Assembly: GCA_965287045.1 (NCBI GenBank)
Contig: OZ336876.1
Coordinates: 50,220,001 to 50,284,000 of the forward strand
DNA from: Carcharhinus amblyrhynchos
Taxonomy: Eukaryota
Length of the DNA: 64,000 bases
Reading direction: 5' to 3'
Shown piece after piece: positions 50,023 through 63,330 of the stretch (position 1 is its first letter; the number at the start of each line of letters is the position of its first letter). Below the pieces are notes generated by a model. That model searched no databases. It saw only the letters and a program-made list of their open reading frames with translations, and was not told where the DNA came from. The position numbers and the translations under genes were made by a program.

Positions 50023-50684
50023 TCACCGAAATTCAGTGTTATTAAGGAGATCTATCTTTCAACCTTACAATATTCCCGAAGATCCATCTTCTTTTTCAGG
50101 AGGCCCATCTACTTTCTTCAACAGTGGGTCAGTGATGTAGGGTACCTTTGCAACATGGCATCCAGATATGATGGCACCATCATGTCCACTCTGCCATGGA
50201 ATTCTGCGATAAACCCCCGGGTGCATAATTAAATGAATTCGGGGTCAGAAGATTTATTGTGTCATTTCCCACCAGCCTCTTCAGTGGGAAACTCTCCCTG
50301 TTCCATCCCCGCCACAGTACATAGTCCCAGATGTGAGTATTCTGCCCATATCTCCCAGGACCCCTCTCAAGTGCAGGAAATTGGGCATGATCTCATAAGA
50401 TCATTGACAAGAGCATTTTGCTAATCTTTAAATGCGACACACTATTGGCTTAATTAATGTGTAACCCTGCAAACTAAATGAAATGTACAGACTTCTTCCT
50501 CGCAAAGTAACATGTATGGCTGTAGAATCTTGCAAGGCTTGCATTTCTCCTGAAGAGAAGAAGTGACAAATCCTCCAATTGCAAACAAATACCAAGTTTA
50601 TACCAAAAGTTACAAAACCTCCATTTTCAGTTTGAGAAGTTAGAGATAATTCCTGGCCAGCCTCCTATTTTGACCCCTCTGTAA

Positions 50685-51145
50685 ACCTGAGCTCATCCAA
50701 AATTCTGTTGCCCAAATCTTGGTTTACACCAAATGCCATTCCAGCATCAACACTATGCCCAGCGACATACATGGGTTTCCAGTTAAGCAATGATTCACTT
50801 TAAAAAACATTAATATTTGCTTTCAATTCCCTCCATGACCTCGTATCTCCCTATTTCTGTAATTTCCTCTAGCTCTACAACTAAGATCTCTGCACTCCTC
50901 CAGTTTGGGGCTCATATGTATTCTTGATTTTAACTGGTTCACCACTGGCAGCAATGCCTAGGCTCTGGAAATCCCTCTCTGCGTCTTTAAGACACTCCTT
51001 TAAAACTACCAATTTCACCAACCTGTCATAACATCCCGTTATGTGGATCGGCGTGAATTTAAAAAAAATATAATTCCTGTGAGGGGTCTTGGAACATTTT
51101 GCTATGTTTAAGGTGCTATATAAATGCAATTGGTTGCTGTTGTTG
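50685..51145 (+). mobile_element. L2 3' fragment
   Basis: ELIQNSVAQIL...LHGFPV; tail aaggtgctatataaatgcaattggttgctgttgttg. Confidence 0.8.
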
Positions 51146-54100
51146 ATGAAGAAGAGTGTCAAGCTGCAGGAACAGGATCAGCAGAAATTGGATTGACTAA
51201 AAAGGAGCAAGAGGCCATGAAAATAGCAGGATTCTAGTCAGCAAAGGCAGAAGGGACTGAAGATTTGGGACTGCATGCACATATAGCCAGTTTCTGCACA
51301 GCAAGTCCTAGTGCTCAAAAATTAGCAAACAAAATCTGAGTAAAGGTTCAAAGTAGCAGGAAAGTGAATAGCAGAAAACAACACATTTGCCTTTTTCTAC
51401 CCCAGAAACTAGGAGCAAGAAGAAAGCAGCAGGAAGACAAGTAAGGGTGTAATTTTAATTTTCCCTATCCAGCAAAGACCAGGCAGGGAGAAGTTTAAAC
51501 GGAGCAGGAGATTTACCAACCACCCTCCTGGCGGCTTCCTCAACAGGCCAAGCCTGAGGGGAAGTGAATCCAGGGCTGAATGAAAGACAGTTAAGTTATT
51601 TGTAATTGGTTATAGTAACATTGTGAGCCAGAATGTGGAAAAGATGCAAACATTGGACTTCTTTTTTTCTTCCCTTACCAATATGTTTTTTTAAAAAATT
51701 AGATGCTATGTATATTGAGATCGGCATTTTTTAATGTGAATAAATAACCAGCCCAAAAATCCATGGGATGCTGGGATCATATCTGATGGTTGGCCCTGCC
51801 AGGTCTGCAGAGTCCCATGTTTACATGAAGTTAGCACAACATTCCCAATGGTGTCCATCTGGACCACACAGTTGAAGGTTTGGCACCTGGCTGCTCTTGT
51901 AAATGAGGCTGTCCATACAATCATGCAACATTCCCTCGATCATCAGGAAAAAGAGGTCATCTTCATTCTTTTCCCATCTCTGGACTGGACTACCATTCTC
52001 CCCCCACCCCTCACATATCTCCAGTGATGGGATGTCCTATAAAAGGCTGACTGAGCCCACAGCCCCAAGCCCACCAGGATTCGCAGTGCCTTCTGCAAAG
52101 TCCTACTAAGTTACAATGAGAATATGGGCAACTCTCAAGGAATTTTAGAATTATGATCTTCTGGTGCAATCATAATTAGCAACAAAAATGAAAACTCAAT
52201 ATATTGCGTCCATTCCCATCATATTTCATTAAAACTTAAGTAAAAAAGTAACTAGTTAAAGTCATGCTACACATGCATACCCTTTAGGTCACTAAAGGTT
52301 CATATTTGAAAATTTGCCATTTAAAAATAAACACAATTAGAGTTTTGCTGCAAATCCATTAAATCGTTGAGAAATTCAGGCAATTGTGTCCATCCATTAA
52401 TGTACTGACCATTGAAATAACACACTAACTACTTGGGCCTGATATTGTTTAGTGAAACTGTGCTGTTATTCGTGACCCTGAAGTTGTCAGGAAGTGTTTG
52501 TAATAACCCCAGCTTGTTTGGATTACACATTTCTGCCGATCGATGTCAATTGCCTAGTTAAAAACGACAAATAGCCTTCAGGGTTTCTTTTGTTATTAAA
52601 TTGAGGTCAGTGGACCTCTGAAATTTGATCTCCAGGATCAGACGAAAGCACGTCCAGTGATATGCCCAAACCAACTGGTCCGACAGCAAGAGGGCCTGGG
52701 TAATTGTGTGACATTCTGTCAATCAACCAGCCTAGAATATTTAGTTGCAAGTTTGTACATAGAGAAAGTATGTGCATTACCTTTCTCCTTCAAATAGTTT
52801 TTAATAGTAACAATCACACATCTCAATCGAATGTTAATGAAAGAATTCTGTGCCCATTTCATCTGGTACACAATAGAAAATAGTTTCTCATCTGAATAAC
52901 ATTGGTCCGTAGTGTGACTAAATCCTTCTTTCCTTTCCCCTCTTTGTACATTTATTTTCATAGTTTCTGAGATTTTCTACCCGCCTCACCCCCACCACCA
53001 CTTCCAGCTGTATATCACGTTCCAATAAACAAGCAGACAGGCAAAATACCTCTTGGCTCCTGAAGCTGTTGCTCTGAAACAGGGATTACTGGATGTTAAC
53101 CTACTTTGCAAGAAGTTGATGGGATCAGCTTAGTAACCCATTTTACACCCTTTCCTTGGCTCCAATGGGCAGTAAAATTGGGCAGCATGTAAACTAGCCG
53201 CAGAACTAAACATTTCCACTCATGGGTTAGGATAAACTCCCTCCACTGTCCCAAACGCACACCACAAATTCTACATATCCTTCAATCAAGAGGTTGGGTA
53301 ATTGCAGTGATGAAACTATGTCCCACTAGTATCTAGTGGTGGTGAGCTGGAGCTGCAAGTAATTATCCAAGCACAACTGTAGATGTATGCTTTATTCTTA
53401 GGTCTAACCTTTCATTTTAGTTCCTCTGATCTTTTTCCCCTCTTATCAATTTCCTTGTTGAGCCAGATATAGATGCTGAGGTTCTGTGGAACCTTTATTT
53501 GCAAATAACTATTGATCAGTTGTGTGATTGACTAACGGAAGCATTGAAGTGACACTAGGCCCTATTCTCAACCACTAGCCTTACATTTGATGAAGCAGTG
53601 ATCCGGGAGATTGGGATCATGGTCAGTTCTTTTCTTTCTCAAGTTCAGTGGCACAAGTATCATTTACTTTACAGCATTACCACCAAAATCAGGCTGCTAG
53701 TGGTGCCAAGACTACGAGGTAAATACAGCATTAAAATAGCCGTTCAAATCAGACTATGATTTTCAAAGGAATTAAATTTATATTTTATAAGCAAATCTCA
53801 GGACTATGGAGATTTTCAATTTACCAGATTTAAAACATCTCAGGCCCTGAATAAAGCATTCTGGCAATCCTATGTAACCTCAGTAACATGTGAATTGAGT
53901 TTACTGTGCTTTAATATAAAGCTTCACTGGATCAGTAACTCTGCTTATGTATAAATGAAAAAAATGTGCTCTGCTTTTGTTCAGCTGCCAGTTCTGAGCT
54001 AGAGACAATGGAATCTGCAGTAGACACTGACAATGGACTGAAAAATGGACAACCATAATCCTGGTGCCACACCCAAAACATTTAATTAATAAAGTGACAT

Positions 54101-55117
54101 GAAGTGTAATGTTGACGTATCATTGACGAATTTTAAAAAGATACAAAAGCTTCGCAAACTAGAAATATGTTGTCACACCACACGATCAATTTACTGAGAG
54201 TTGGATTGAGAAGATTTTAAGAATGATTCAAGAGGTACTTTGTCTGTATGCAGATGAAAATTGGTTGCAAACTCGACTTATCGTCATTTGAAATTCTCAC
54301 AAGAGTCAAACTTTTCACTTTTTTCATCCCTTGCACAGTAGAATGTTGATCAAATTAACATGATAACTATGAGTGAAGTAATACAAGGAAAATATATCTC
54401 TAAAGAAGAAAACAGATCACTTAAATATTATTCATAAGAATATAACCAATCTTATGTACATTATAGATCGAGAAACTTTTCATGACAAGTCAACCTATAG
54501 TCTGTGATATACTACAACTCTCAATTATCAACAATGGCAACCCGGCATAATTCATACAGTTCGAGCACACAAATTTTGCCAGATGAGTTCAGGTTTCCCC
54601 AAGGCCTTCAGTTGAATAAAAGTCTTGAAATTGAGAGTCAGCTGACATACCAGAAAGCAACAAAAGACAAATGGAATCAATGGATCAATTTCTCAAGAAG
54701 TTTACCTTGAAGAGCTACTGTGAGCAGGTTAGATTTGTGGGAGCAAGTTTTGTTAAATACTTTAGGCACTAATGACATAAAGAAGTGACTAAGTTGAGGT
54801 CTCAAGCTGAAATGTCAGTTTAGCCCATGTTTTGCGCAAGATATCGTCTTGGTAAATGAGGTGAAGCCAGTGCTAGAAAAAGCCACCCAGAGGTGAGTTA
54901 AACAGCTGCTTGCCACTTAAGATGCCTGCTAATGGCCATTAAAGAAGCTGCATGGCATTTTAGGTGATAAGGGCTTCAATTACTTTTGAGGGGAATGTCA
55001 CCACCTGCACATTCTCCTGTAAATGTCACCATCCTAACTAAACATAATTATTTCACTGTTGCTGGGTCAAAACCTGGAACTCTGTTCCCAATAGCATTGT
55101 AGGTGTATCTACATCAC

Positions 55118-55880
55118 AGAGTCATAGAGGTCTACAGCATGAATACAGTCCCTTGGGCCCAACTTGTCCATGCTATCCAGTTTTAACCACTGAGCCCAAA
55201 TTTGACCCACATCCCTCTATATCAATCTTACCTATGGAACTGTCTGAATGCTTTTTAAAAGACAAAATTGTATCCACCTCTACTACTACCTCTGGCAGCT
55301 CGTTCCAGACACTCACCACCCTCTGTGGGAGAAATATTGCCCCTCTGGGCACTTCTGTATCTCTGCCCTCTCACCTTAAATCTGTGCCCTCTAGTTTTAG
55401 ACTCCCCGACCTGTGGGAAAAGGTGTTGGCTATCTACCTTATCTCTGCCCCTCATTATTTATAAACTTCTTTAAGATCACCCCAAAGCCTCCAACACTCC
55501 CAGGGAAAAAAGTCCCAGTCTATCCAACCTCTCTTGATAATTCACCATCAAGTCCTGGTAGCATTCCAGCAAATCTTTTCTTCATTCTTTCTAGTTTAAT
55601 AATATCCTTTCTACAGTACGGTGACCATAACTGCACACAGTATTCCAAGTGTGGCCTTAGCAATGTCTTGTACAACTTCAACAAGATGTCCCAACTCCTG
55701 TATTCAATGTTTTGACCGATGAAACCAAGCATGCTGAATGCGTTCTTCATCACCCTGTCCACTTGTGCCTCCACTTTCAAGGAGCTATGAACCTGTACCC
55801 CTAGATCTTTTTGTTCTATAACTCTTCACAATGCCCTACCATTAAGTGAGTAAGTCCTGCCCTGGTTCAATCTACCCAGA
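55118..55880 (-). mobile_element. CR1 3' fragment
   Basis: ORFs IEYRSWDILLKLYKTLLRPHLEYCVQLWSP and LFPQVGESKTRGHRFKVRG; tail gctgtagacctctatgactct. Confidence 0.92.
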
Positions 55881-56081
55881 ACGTTTTAAAGCCCCAGCCC
55901 AAGTTGAAGACGGGATTCATCAATAAATATGCACCCTTGCTGTATGATCACATGTGCACGCAACCAGCATTTTAAATTTTAGTTATATTTATATGGGAAT
56001 CAGCTCCCTTCTTGAGAGCGGAAGTGCCATCCATTTCCAATTCCGCCATCGAGAATGGCACGCCATAGAGAAAATACTTCC

Positions 56082-56188
56082 CATTTTGTTTCTCTATCCA
56101 TAGATGCTGTCTGGCCCACTGAGTATTTCAAGCATTTCCTGTTTTTTATTCAGATTTCCCAACATCAGCAGTGTTTCGCTTTTGTTTT
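56082..56188 (+). mobile_element. Penelope-like pLTR end
   Basis: tgtttctctatccatagatgctgtctggcccactgagtatttcaagcatttcctgtttttt. Confidence 0.7.
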
Positions 56189-58689
56189 ATGCCTTTAATT
56201 TGTTTGTTAATGATGGTAAAATAGAAACACTGTAATTATTTGCCTGTGAATCCAATTAGCTTTTTACATGGCTGAGGGAGAACTGTTGTAAAAACAATAA
56301 TTTTACCGCTCAAAATAATAATTTCTCCAAATAAATACTTATAGGCCAATGATACTGTTGAGGCTTAGTCCCAATTGTGAATTCAAATCCAGTGACAACA
56401 TCTTGACATTTGATTTTGAAGAAAATGAATTATTGCATCTTCTAAATGTAGCTTTTTGGTTAAAATCGACCACCAATATTGCCGAATATTAAAACAGTTC
56501 AATAGATATATCATCATTAATAGGCTGTCAGTGTCACTAGCGGTGTTAATAAACATTTTACTTTTTATACTACTCCTAAACTCAACTTTTGAAACTTTTT
56601 TAGATCCAAAATGTGCACGTGTTTACTGCAAAAAATACAATACTGCTTGTGCTCCTGGAGAAAAAAATCTTTGGAGTCAGACTTATTGGTTCCTACATAA
56701 AAATATATTTCCAGTTCTTCCTCTCTCTTCTATTGTAAAGTTGTTGGCTCCTTGTTAGATGCAGCTCCTTAGAATTGCAAGTAAATGATAAGGGGCGGCA
56801 AGCCTTCCCACCTATCCCTGACCTGGTCCCCATAATAAGATGGGTGCCAAAATCAGCAACTTACCTGACATAGTTAAGTGAATAATTAGCGAGCAATTGA
56901 GGTTGCTACCAAGCCACAGCACTTATTTTTCACACTGCCTGTTCCTTAGAATGGCTGTGAGATGGCAGCAACGGGAAGTCTGTTTTTGAAAAATCATTTC
57001 TGTAAAACGGAGAAACCACAGTATTTGGGATGGGGAGACGGGTACAATTTGTGCATCGGGGCATCCCCCCATGGCATTAACTCCCTTTGTCCCTCCGTGT
57101 CTGGCCTCCAAATGCTTTCCCCCACAATACATCACCTCCTCAACCTGGCTGCCCAATCCCACCCCATCCCACCTGAAAAGGCCAGACTTGCCTAGCTTTG
57201 GGGTCCATTTTCTCTTCTTTGTGGGTCTGTCTGCAGTCCCAGCAGCACCCAATATGGAGTTCTGGTGCTGCTGGGACTGAGCTTAAGGCTAGGACTTTTC
57301 CCCACACCGAGGGCCGGAAGTCTGACTCTCGGCCTGTATTGCCTACTGCCAGTGCATTATTGCAGTGTGGTGTGCCATTTTTGTGGGGTCCATCAACAGC
57401 TGGCATGTTCTTGCAATATGGGGATAGGGGAGGGGTGTGTGTGGGTTGCACACATGTATGAGCAATATGTGAAATTCTGCTGTAGTCTCAAGAAAACACT
57501 GAACCTGAAAATACATCGGCAAAAAGACGACTGGTCTCAAGAAATTAAAGTTAAGGCTTTAGTAGAGTTTGCTTGTCAAACATCCACCAGAAGTGCGGAC
57601 ACTACGAAGAAAGGGAGAACTACAATGGTTGAAAAACAGTGCTCATTAATGCCCATTTTTGGCAACTGTCAGTAGAATTCCAAACTTGCATTTGTAGCAT
57701 GTGTGCACAACTGCAGGATGAATGACATCAGACACCATATTAGTGAGAACGTTAGTGCACATGCAGCCCAGCCATGCCCAATGTCTCATCACTTGCAGAC
57801 CCTGTCTACAACCGTTCTTCTAAATTACATGCAGTATCAATCTGAGGCAGAGTGAAATATTGGCTGAGAGTGTGAAATTGAGGGATGCTGCTGTGTCTTG
57901 ATCATAGCTCCCTTCTTGGTGTTTCTCCATTGCCTGGCCAGGTTATAACTTCTGGGTATCTGAACAGACAATGCTAAAAGTTGTGGTGCAATAAGCAGAG
58001 GAAAGCAAGAGGAACATGCTTACACCATCTGCAGTTTAAAAATCAGACACGGTTTGGGATGAAGTGGGTAAACAAAACAAGAAGCAGGATTAGGTACAAC
58101 TGACCACACGCAGTTAGGTTTTCAAGAGAACATTGGTCCTAACTTATCAAGATGGTTGGTAGGGTGAATGATGGTATATGATCTGAGCAGTATCCGAGGC
58201 TAATACCATATCTTATTATGGTATATATAGTATCCGAGGTTGGTGGCATATGGTATTTGTAAATATATTCATTGATCTTGACCACTTGTGTCAGGTCACT
58301 GCATCCAGGTTCTTGAGGTTTTGAGTCCATGTCTATCTGCTCCCACTACCTTTTAACCACATATTTTGAATGGCCCCCTGTTCCCCACAGCAGTAGACAT
58401 CTCTCTACCTTTCTACCTTTTCTCTCTAGGCTCCCGGGCAGCACCCAAAAACATCAAAATCTGTTCTCTCTCCCATACTGTGCCATTCTTCTCTGCTTCC
58501 AAAGTCACACTCACTTCCTGTATGTTTGGCAGCATCTGTTCCAGCCACAATGCATCTCCCCTATAAGGGGTACAAACTAGCTTTAAATAGCTGTAGGAAG
58601 TTAACATTTTGGCTTCTTGCAATATGTGTAGCCAAAAACAGTGTGTATAGTGCTGGCTGTATGAACAATCATTCTATTGGCTGCAATGA

Positions 58690-58991
58690 TAGTACAGGAA
58701 TTATCACTGTTGCCTCATAGTGGCAGGGAACCTGGGTTCAATTCCTGCCTTGGGTGACTATGTGGACTTCCCACGTTCTCCCAGCTTCCGCATGAGTTTC
58801 CTTCATATGCTCCAGTTTCTTCCTACAGTCCAAAGATGTGCAGGTTATGCTAAATTACCCCTGGTGTCCCAAGATGGTTAGATGGATTAGCTATGGGATA
58901 TGTGTGGAGCTACAGGATAGATGTGTTCCTGGGTAAAATGTTCTTTCAGAGAGTGGATGCGGACTCCTTCTGCACTGTAGGGATTCTATGA
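58690..58991 (+). mobile_element. HE1-like V-SINE
   Basis: cctgggttcaattcctgccttgggtgact...gtccaaagatgtgcaggtt...ctgcactgtagggattctatga. Confidence 0.85.
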
Positions 58992-59914
58992 AAATAAGAA
59001 GGCAGCAGCTTAGCCTGCATTACATTGAATGGATGAGAGTTAATTGCACATCCATTGGGATCTCAGCATGGTTTTTCAGGATTATCCAATTTTGCCCTCA
59101 ATAAATTTGAGTATGAATCATACTGTGAGCATCAAAAAAATTTAAAGGTGCCTAATGCACGAACTCTTCGTAAAACAGGCCAGGTGCATGATGTAGGTTT
59201 TTTTGATACCACATGTGATGAACTATGAAGGAAGCGCTGTGTCATGCAAATCTGCAAAATTGTCATGACTGTTCCATTTTCAGATTATGGGGTCAAACTG
59301 ACAAGAGTCTAAAACAGTAGAAGCTCTGAACCCTTTTTGAGGAGGCTACCATGAACACGTTGAGTACACGAGCATCAAGAGAGTAGGGCATGTTGAAGTT
59401 GAAGGCCTCACCTAAGATCCATGACATACCCTCTTGTTCTTCCCTAATCTGGTTCCCTCACCTGCTCAGTCAATGTTACACAAGGCTCCAGTAATTTCAC
59501 ACAGAGTATTATAAGGGAAGTGGAGGCAGAAAGAGCTTATTTGACTAATTGTTCTTCTTTTCAATGGCCACAAGAGTAAAGTGACAGTGCAGCTTGGGTC
59601 CCAAGCAATGTGTCCTTATCACAGCTGGTGATATTTACTTTCACAAAGCATCAGTATAGTTAAACAAGACTTGATATATGCAGCGTGTCTGAGAATGTAC
59701 TACAGGATGAATGACTGGCTCTAAGTAATAAGGAACAGCAGAGCTTAAAGATAAAGGTGCCCACCATTCAGGGGGTCTGCGCTAGAGTGCAGAGATCTGA
59801 CCTCACACAGCTTATTTTGGAAATTGTTGCTTGAACATTTGTGTCTGCACAAAATATTCTGTAAACACTGGTGGTGAGAAGTTTGAAGGAATTTACCCTA
59901 GGGATTTGTGCGGT

Positions 59915-61350
59915 AACAACAACCTGCTGTGGTAAAAAAGGTGCATTATCAAACAAAATTTAATACCAATCCACGTTGGGAGACATTTGGACAGGTGAGC
60001 AAAAAGCAAAAGATAAAAGAGGTAAGTTTTAAGAAGCAACTAAGAGGAGGCAGAAAGGCTTAAGCCTTGGCAGCTGAAGTCACAATCGGCAATGGTGGAG
60101 CAATTAAGGTCAAGAGACCAGACTTGGAGGACTGGAAAGATTTCAGAGGGTTATAGGACTGGAGGAGATTACAGAGATAGAGAAGGAAAAGGTCAGAGGA
60201 AAGCAACAATAAGAATTTTGAAATCAAGGCATTGTTGGACTTGGAACCAATGTAGGACAGCAAGTGTAGGAGTAATGGGAAAATGGGACTTTGTATGAGT
60301 TACAGCATGGCCAGCAGAGTTTTTGAGGAACTCAAGGTTACTGGGGGTTGGGGTATGATGAGTGTAGAATTTGGGAGGACAGGAAGATGAGCTTTGGAAT
60401 AGTCAAGTTTAGAAGTAGCAAAAAGCATGGTTGAAGGTTTCGGCAGCAGATGAGCTGAGGCAGGGGTACAGACAGGTAATAAAATGGCTGAATAGTAGAC
60501 TATTTAATCAACAATAAAAACTTACATTTACATTAATGTTATGTTATTAATCTACAAAACACTCAATATACTTCACAGCGGTGCAAAGAAACCAATATTT
60601 CCTGAGACCTTCAAAATATTAGGAGGGAAGAAGGTTTAGAGAAGCATTATGAATGGTTCAGGAGGTTTACTGTAAAATGTGAGCCTATAGTGATTTGAGG
60701 GCAGCCACAAATGGTGGGGTAAAGGGAGGTAGGATCTGCAAGAGCCTGAAGTCACAAGAAGGAAACATGTCATGAGTTGCCGGGGTCAGGGAGAGGGAGA
60801 GCATAATAGTATTGAGTTTACAGATTCAGAGGGGCAAGGCTATGGAGAAAATGAAACATAAGGATAAGAATTTACATTTCAAATGTTTAGGAACAAGAAT
60901 GTAATGTAAGTCAGCGAGGATAGGATGATGAACGAGCAGACTTTGTGTTGGGTAGGATGTATACATCAAAGTTCTGAAACAACTAAACTCTATGCAAGAA
61001 TGAGAACCAGCCATGAGAATACTGAATTGGTGAATTTGAAGATGACAAAGTCATGAAGATTTCAGCAACAAAGGAACCATGTTAGGGATGATCGGAGGCA
61101 TGAGGAAGTGTGCAGTCTTAATGATGGGGAAGATGGTATTCCCAATGTTTAGAAGAAAGAAAATGCAGCACACCCAAGACTCAATGTCATTCAAGCACAC
61201 TGACAGCACAGAATCAGTGAAGAGAGAACAGTGGTCAGGTCCCGCATTGTGTCAACAGTTTATGTTTAGATCCTGATCCCAAAGAGGCACCATGTAGATG
61301 AGGAAGTGGATGGAGTCAGTGAGAGATCTTGGAAAAACTCCAGAGGTGAT
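59915..61350 (-). mobile_element. Two tandem degenerate L2 fragments
   Basis: ORFs 60060-60263 (FLLLL...YLCNLLQSYNP..SSKSGLL) and 60826-61014 (HPILADLH..LVP.HL..KFLSL.F) are L2 ORF2 C-terminal motifs. Confidence 0.7.
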
Positions 61351-61889
61351 GGTGTAGGGAAACCGGGTGGAATTCATCGAATTTGGTGGGTTCTATGGCG
61401 AATGTGAGGGAAGAATATTGTGTAAGGCCCAGAATTCGGTTTCATGCCAATGGGATCTTCCATCGATGCCCACCAAGGTGGGTCAGAAAATTATTGATGA
61501 TACTCCATTTATTAAAATGAATGGTTGGAAGTTTGCTACCTGCAGTTTCCCAAGATATCTTCCTTGTGACCACTGTTCTCCACCAAAAGCTCCAGATCAT
61601 TCAACTGTCCCTCCAATCTTTAATGCCTGCTATGCTTAGTTTGAAGAATGTGCATCATTCACTTTGTCAATTGACACGATGCAGAAACTTTAGGTACTGA
61701 AATTGTGCTTTGGAACAGTTGTGTGCAAATGCTGAATGCATTTGTTTGAAATTGTTCACACCATTTTGACTTGGGTTTGGGAGAATTCCACCTGGTGTCT
61801 CTTCCTGCCCCACACCATCACCTTGGGAGTTTTTCCAAGATCTATCATTGATTCCATTTGCTTCCTCATCTATGTGGTGCCTCTGTGGG

Positions 61890-62127
61890 TTTTCGAGGGG
61901 ACTGCCTCTTCGTCAGGTGAATGGAGAGTTCTGGCCTCGGACAGAGCATATAAAGATCTGTGCTTCATATGCTCTGTCTGAGGCCAGAACTCTCCATTCA
62001 CCTGGCGAAGAGGCAGTCCCCTCGAAAGCTTGTGAGTTTACTATCAAATAAATCGGTTGGACTAAAACCTGGTGTTGTCAGACTTTTTACTGTGTTTACC
62101 CCAGTCCAACGCCGGCACATCCACATC
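61890..62127 (+). mobile_element. Fold-back Penelope-type mini-element, copy 3 (related subfamily)
   Basis: 61-bp inverted arms, hammerhead-like cores, shared 3' end gttggact.aaacctggtgttgt...ccccagtccaacgccggc..ccacatc, 13-bp TSD gtgcctctgtggg / gtgcctctttggg. Confidence 0.85.
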
Positions 62128-62854
62128 GTGCCTCTTTGGGGTCAGGGTCTAAACCTAAACAGGTGACACAACCTGACTACTGTTCTCTCAGCCCTCAGCT
62201 GATTCTGTGTAGTCAGTGTGCTGTTGATCTGTGTATTTGAAACAATTTAGTTTCTTTGTTAAAATAGCAAAGGAAGCATTTCTTTTAAATATGTTTGTGC
62301 GCAACAATTCCATTGTGCAATTTAAAGGCTTTAAAATGCTGCAACATTAACACCTGCTCCCTAAATAAAATGCATGGAATTTTGGTGGTTTAAATAGGAA
62401 TCTCAGGATGTAAATTAACAGTACAAAATTATTACATTTCAGGACAATAATGGATAACTGGTACTATTCAGAAACATGTTACAGTTCATGTTGCATCAAG
62501 GAATTCCAAAAGTGAGGTCCCGCAAGGAATTTAGGGTTAAAGTGATCTCCTGCATTGGCTTTGATCACCTAGATGGATCAGAAATGAATTTACCAGATAA
62601 TTTTCCCCCAAACTGGCCTTTTTATCCGAGCTTTTTTTGTCTCTCCCCAGAGATTGCATGTTTTCCAGTGAGGTGGAGCGTGTATATATTGTGATACGCA
62701 GCTTAGATGAGCCAGAAGGTCCTTCCTGTGTGTCACTGTTCATAGGTTTGTACCTAAGTTATACAATTTATTTCAGCTTGGGCAGACGAGGAATTATATT
62801 AATTGTCTGACAATCTTGCTCAGTTTAGGGATTAAGATTAATTGAACAGAAACA

Positions 62855-63330
62855 CAAGAGGCTACAAGAAGACAGAGAGATCAGTGAATGGGCAAGTTTA
62901 GAGAGATCAGTGAATGGGTAGGTTTAGGGATCAATGAATAGGTGGGTTTAGGGATCAATGAATAGGTGGGTTTAGGGATCAATGAATGGGAAGGATTAGA
63001 GATGGCAAGTTGGATACAAGGAATGTGAAGTAGTTTCGTTAGGGAGAAAAAAGTGAAAGCATGCCCTAAAAGGTGAAGGATGGAAAAAGATCTTTCAGGG
63101 AGGAGGTGGGAGTGCAGTGCAGGTAGAAAAGCCCACTAAATAACAAGTGAGACTGGATTTTATACCCGGTACATTAAAAACAAATAATACTGGATTTCTG
63201 AGAGAGATTGGTGAGGCCACTGCTGGAGTAATGCATCTAGTTTTGGACACCAAAATTACAGGAAATACATTAAACCAAAGGTTCAGAAGAACTCATCAGA
63301 AGGATAACATAAGTGATAGAGTATAGATAT
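62855..63330 (+). mobile_element. Very old CR1 fragment
   Basis: aggctacaagaagac, aatgtgaagtagtt, ttggtgaggccactgctggagtaatgc...ttttggacacc (LVRP.LE.C..FW.P). Confidence 0.6.
62875..63003. repeat. Minisatellite, ~5 copies of a 24-26 bp unit
   Basis: gatca(a/g)tgaat(a/g)gg..ggtttag(g) repeated. Confidence 0.9.

Noticed and set aside
54672-54732. Possible first coding exon MESMDQFLKKFTLKSYCEQ followed by gt
   Set aside because: Weak donor (gttaga), no recognisable homology, no downstream exon identified
62875-63003. CRISPR-like array
   Set aside because: Direct tandem units without unique spacers, eukaryotic context, no cas genes
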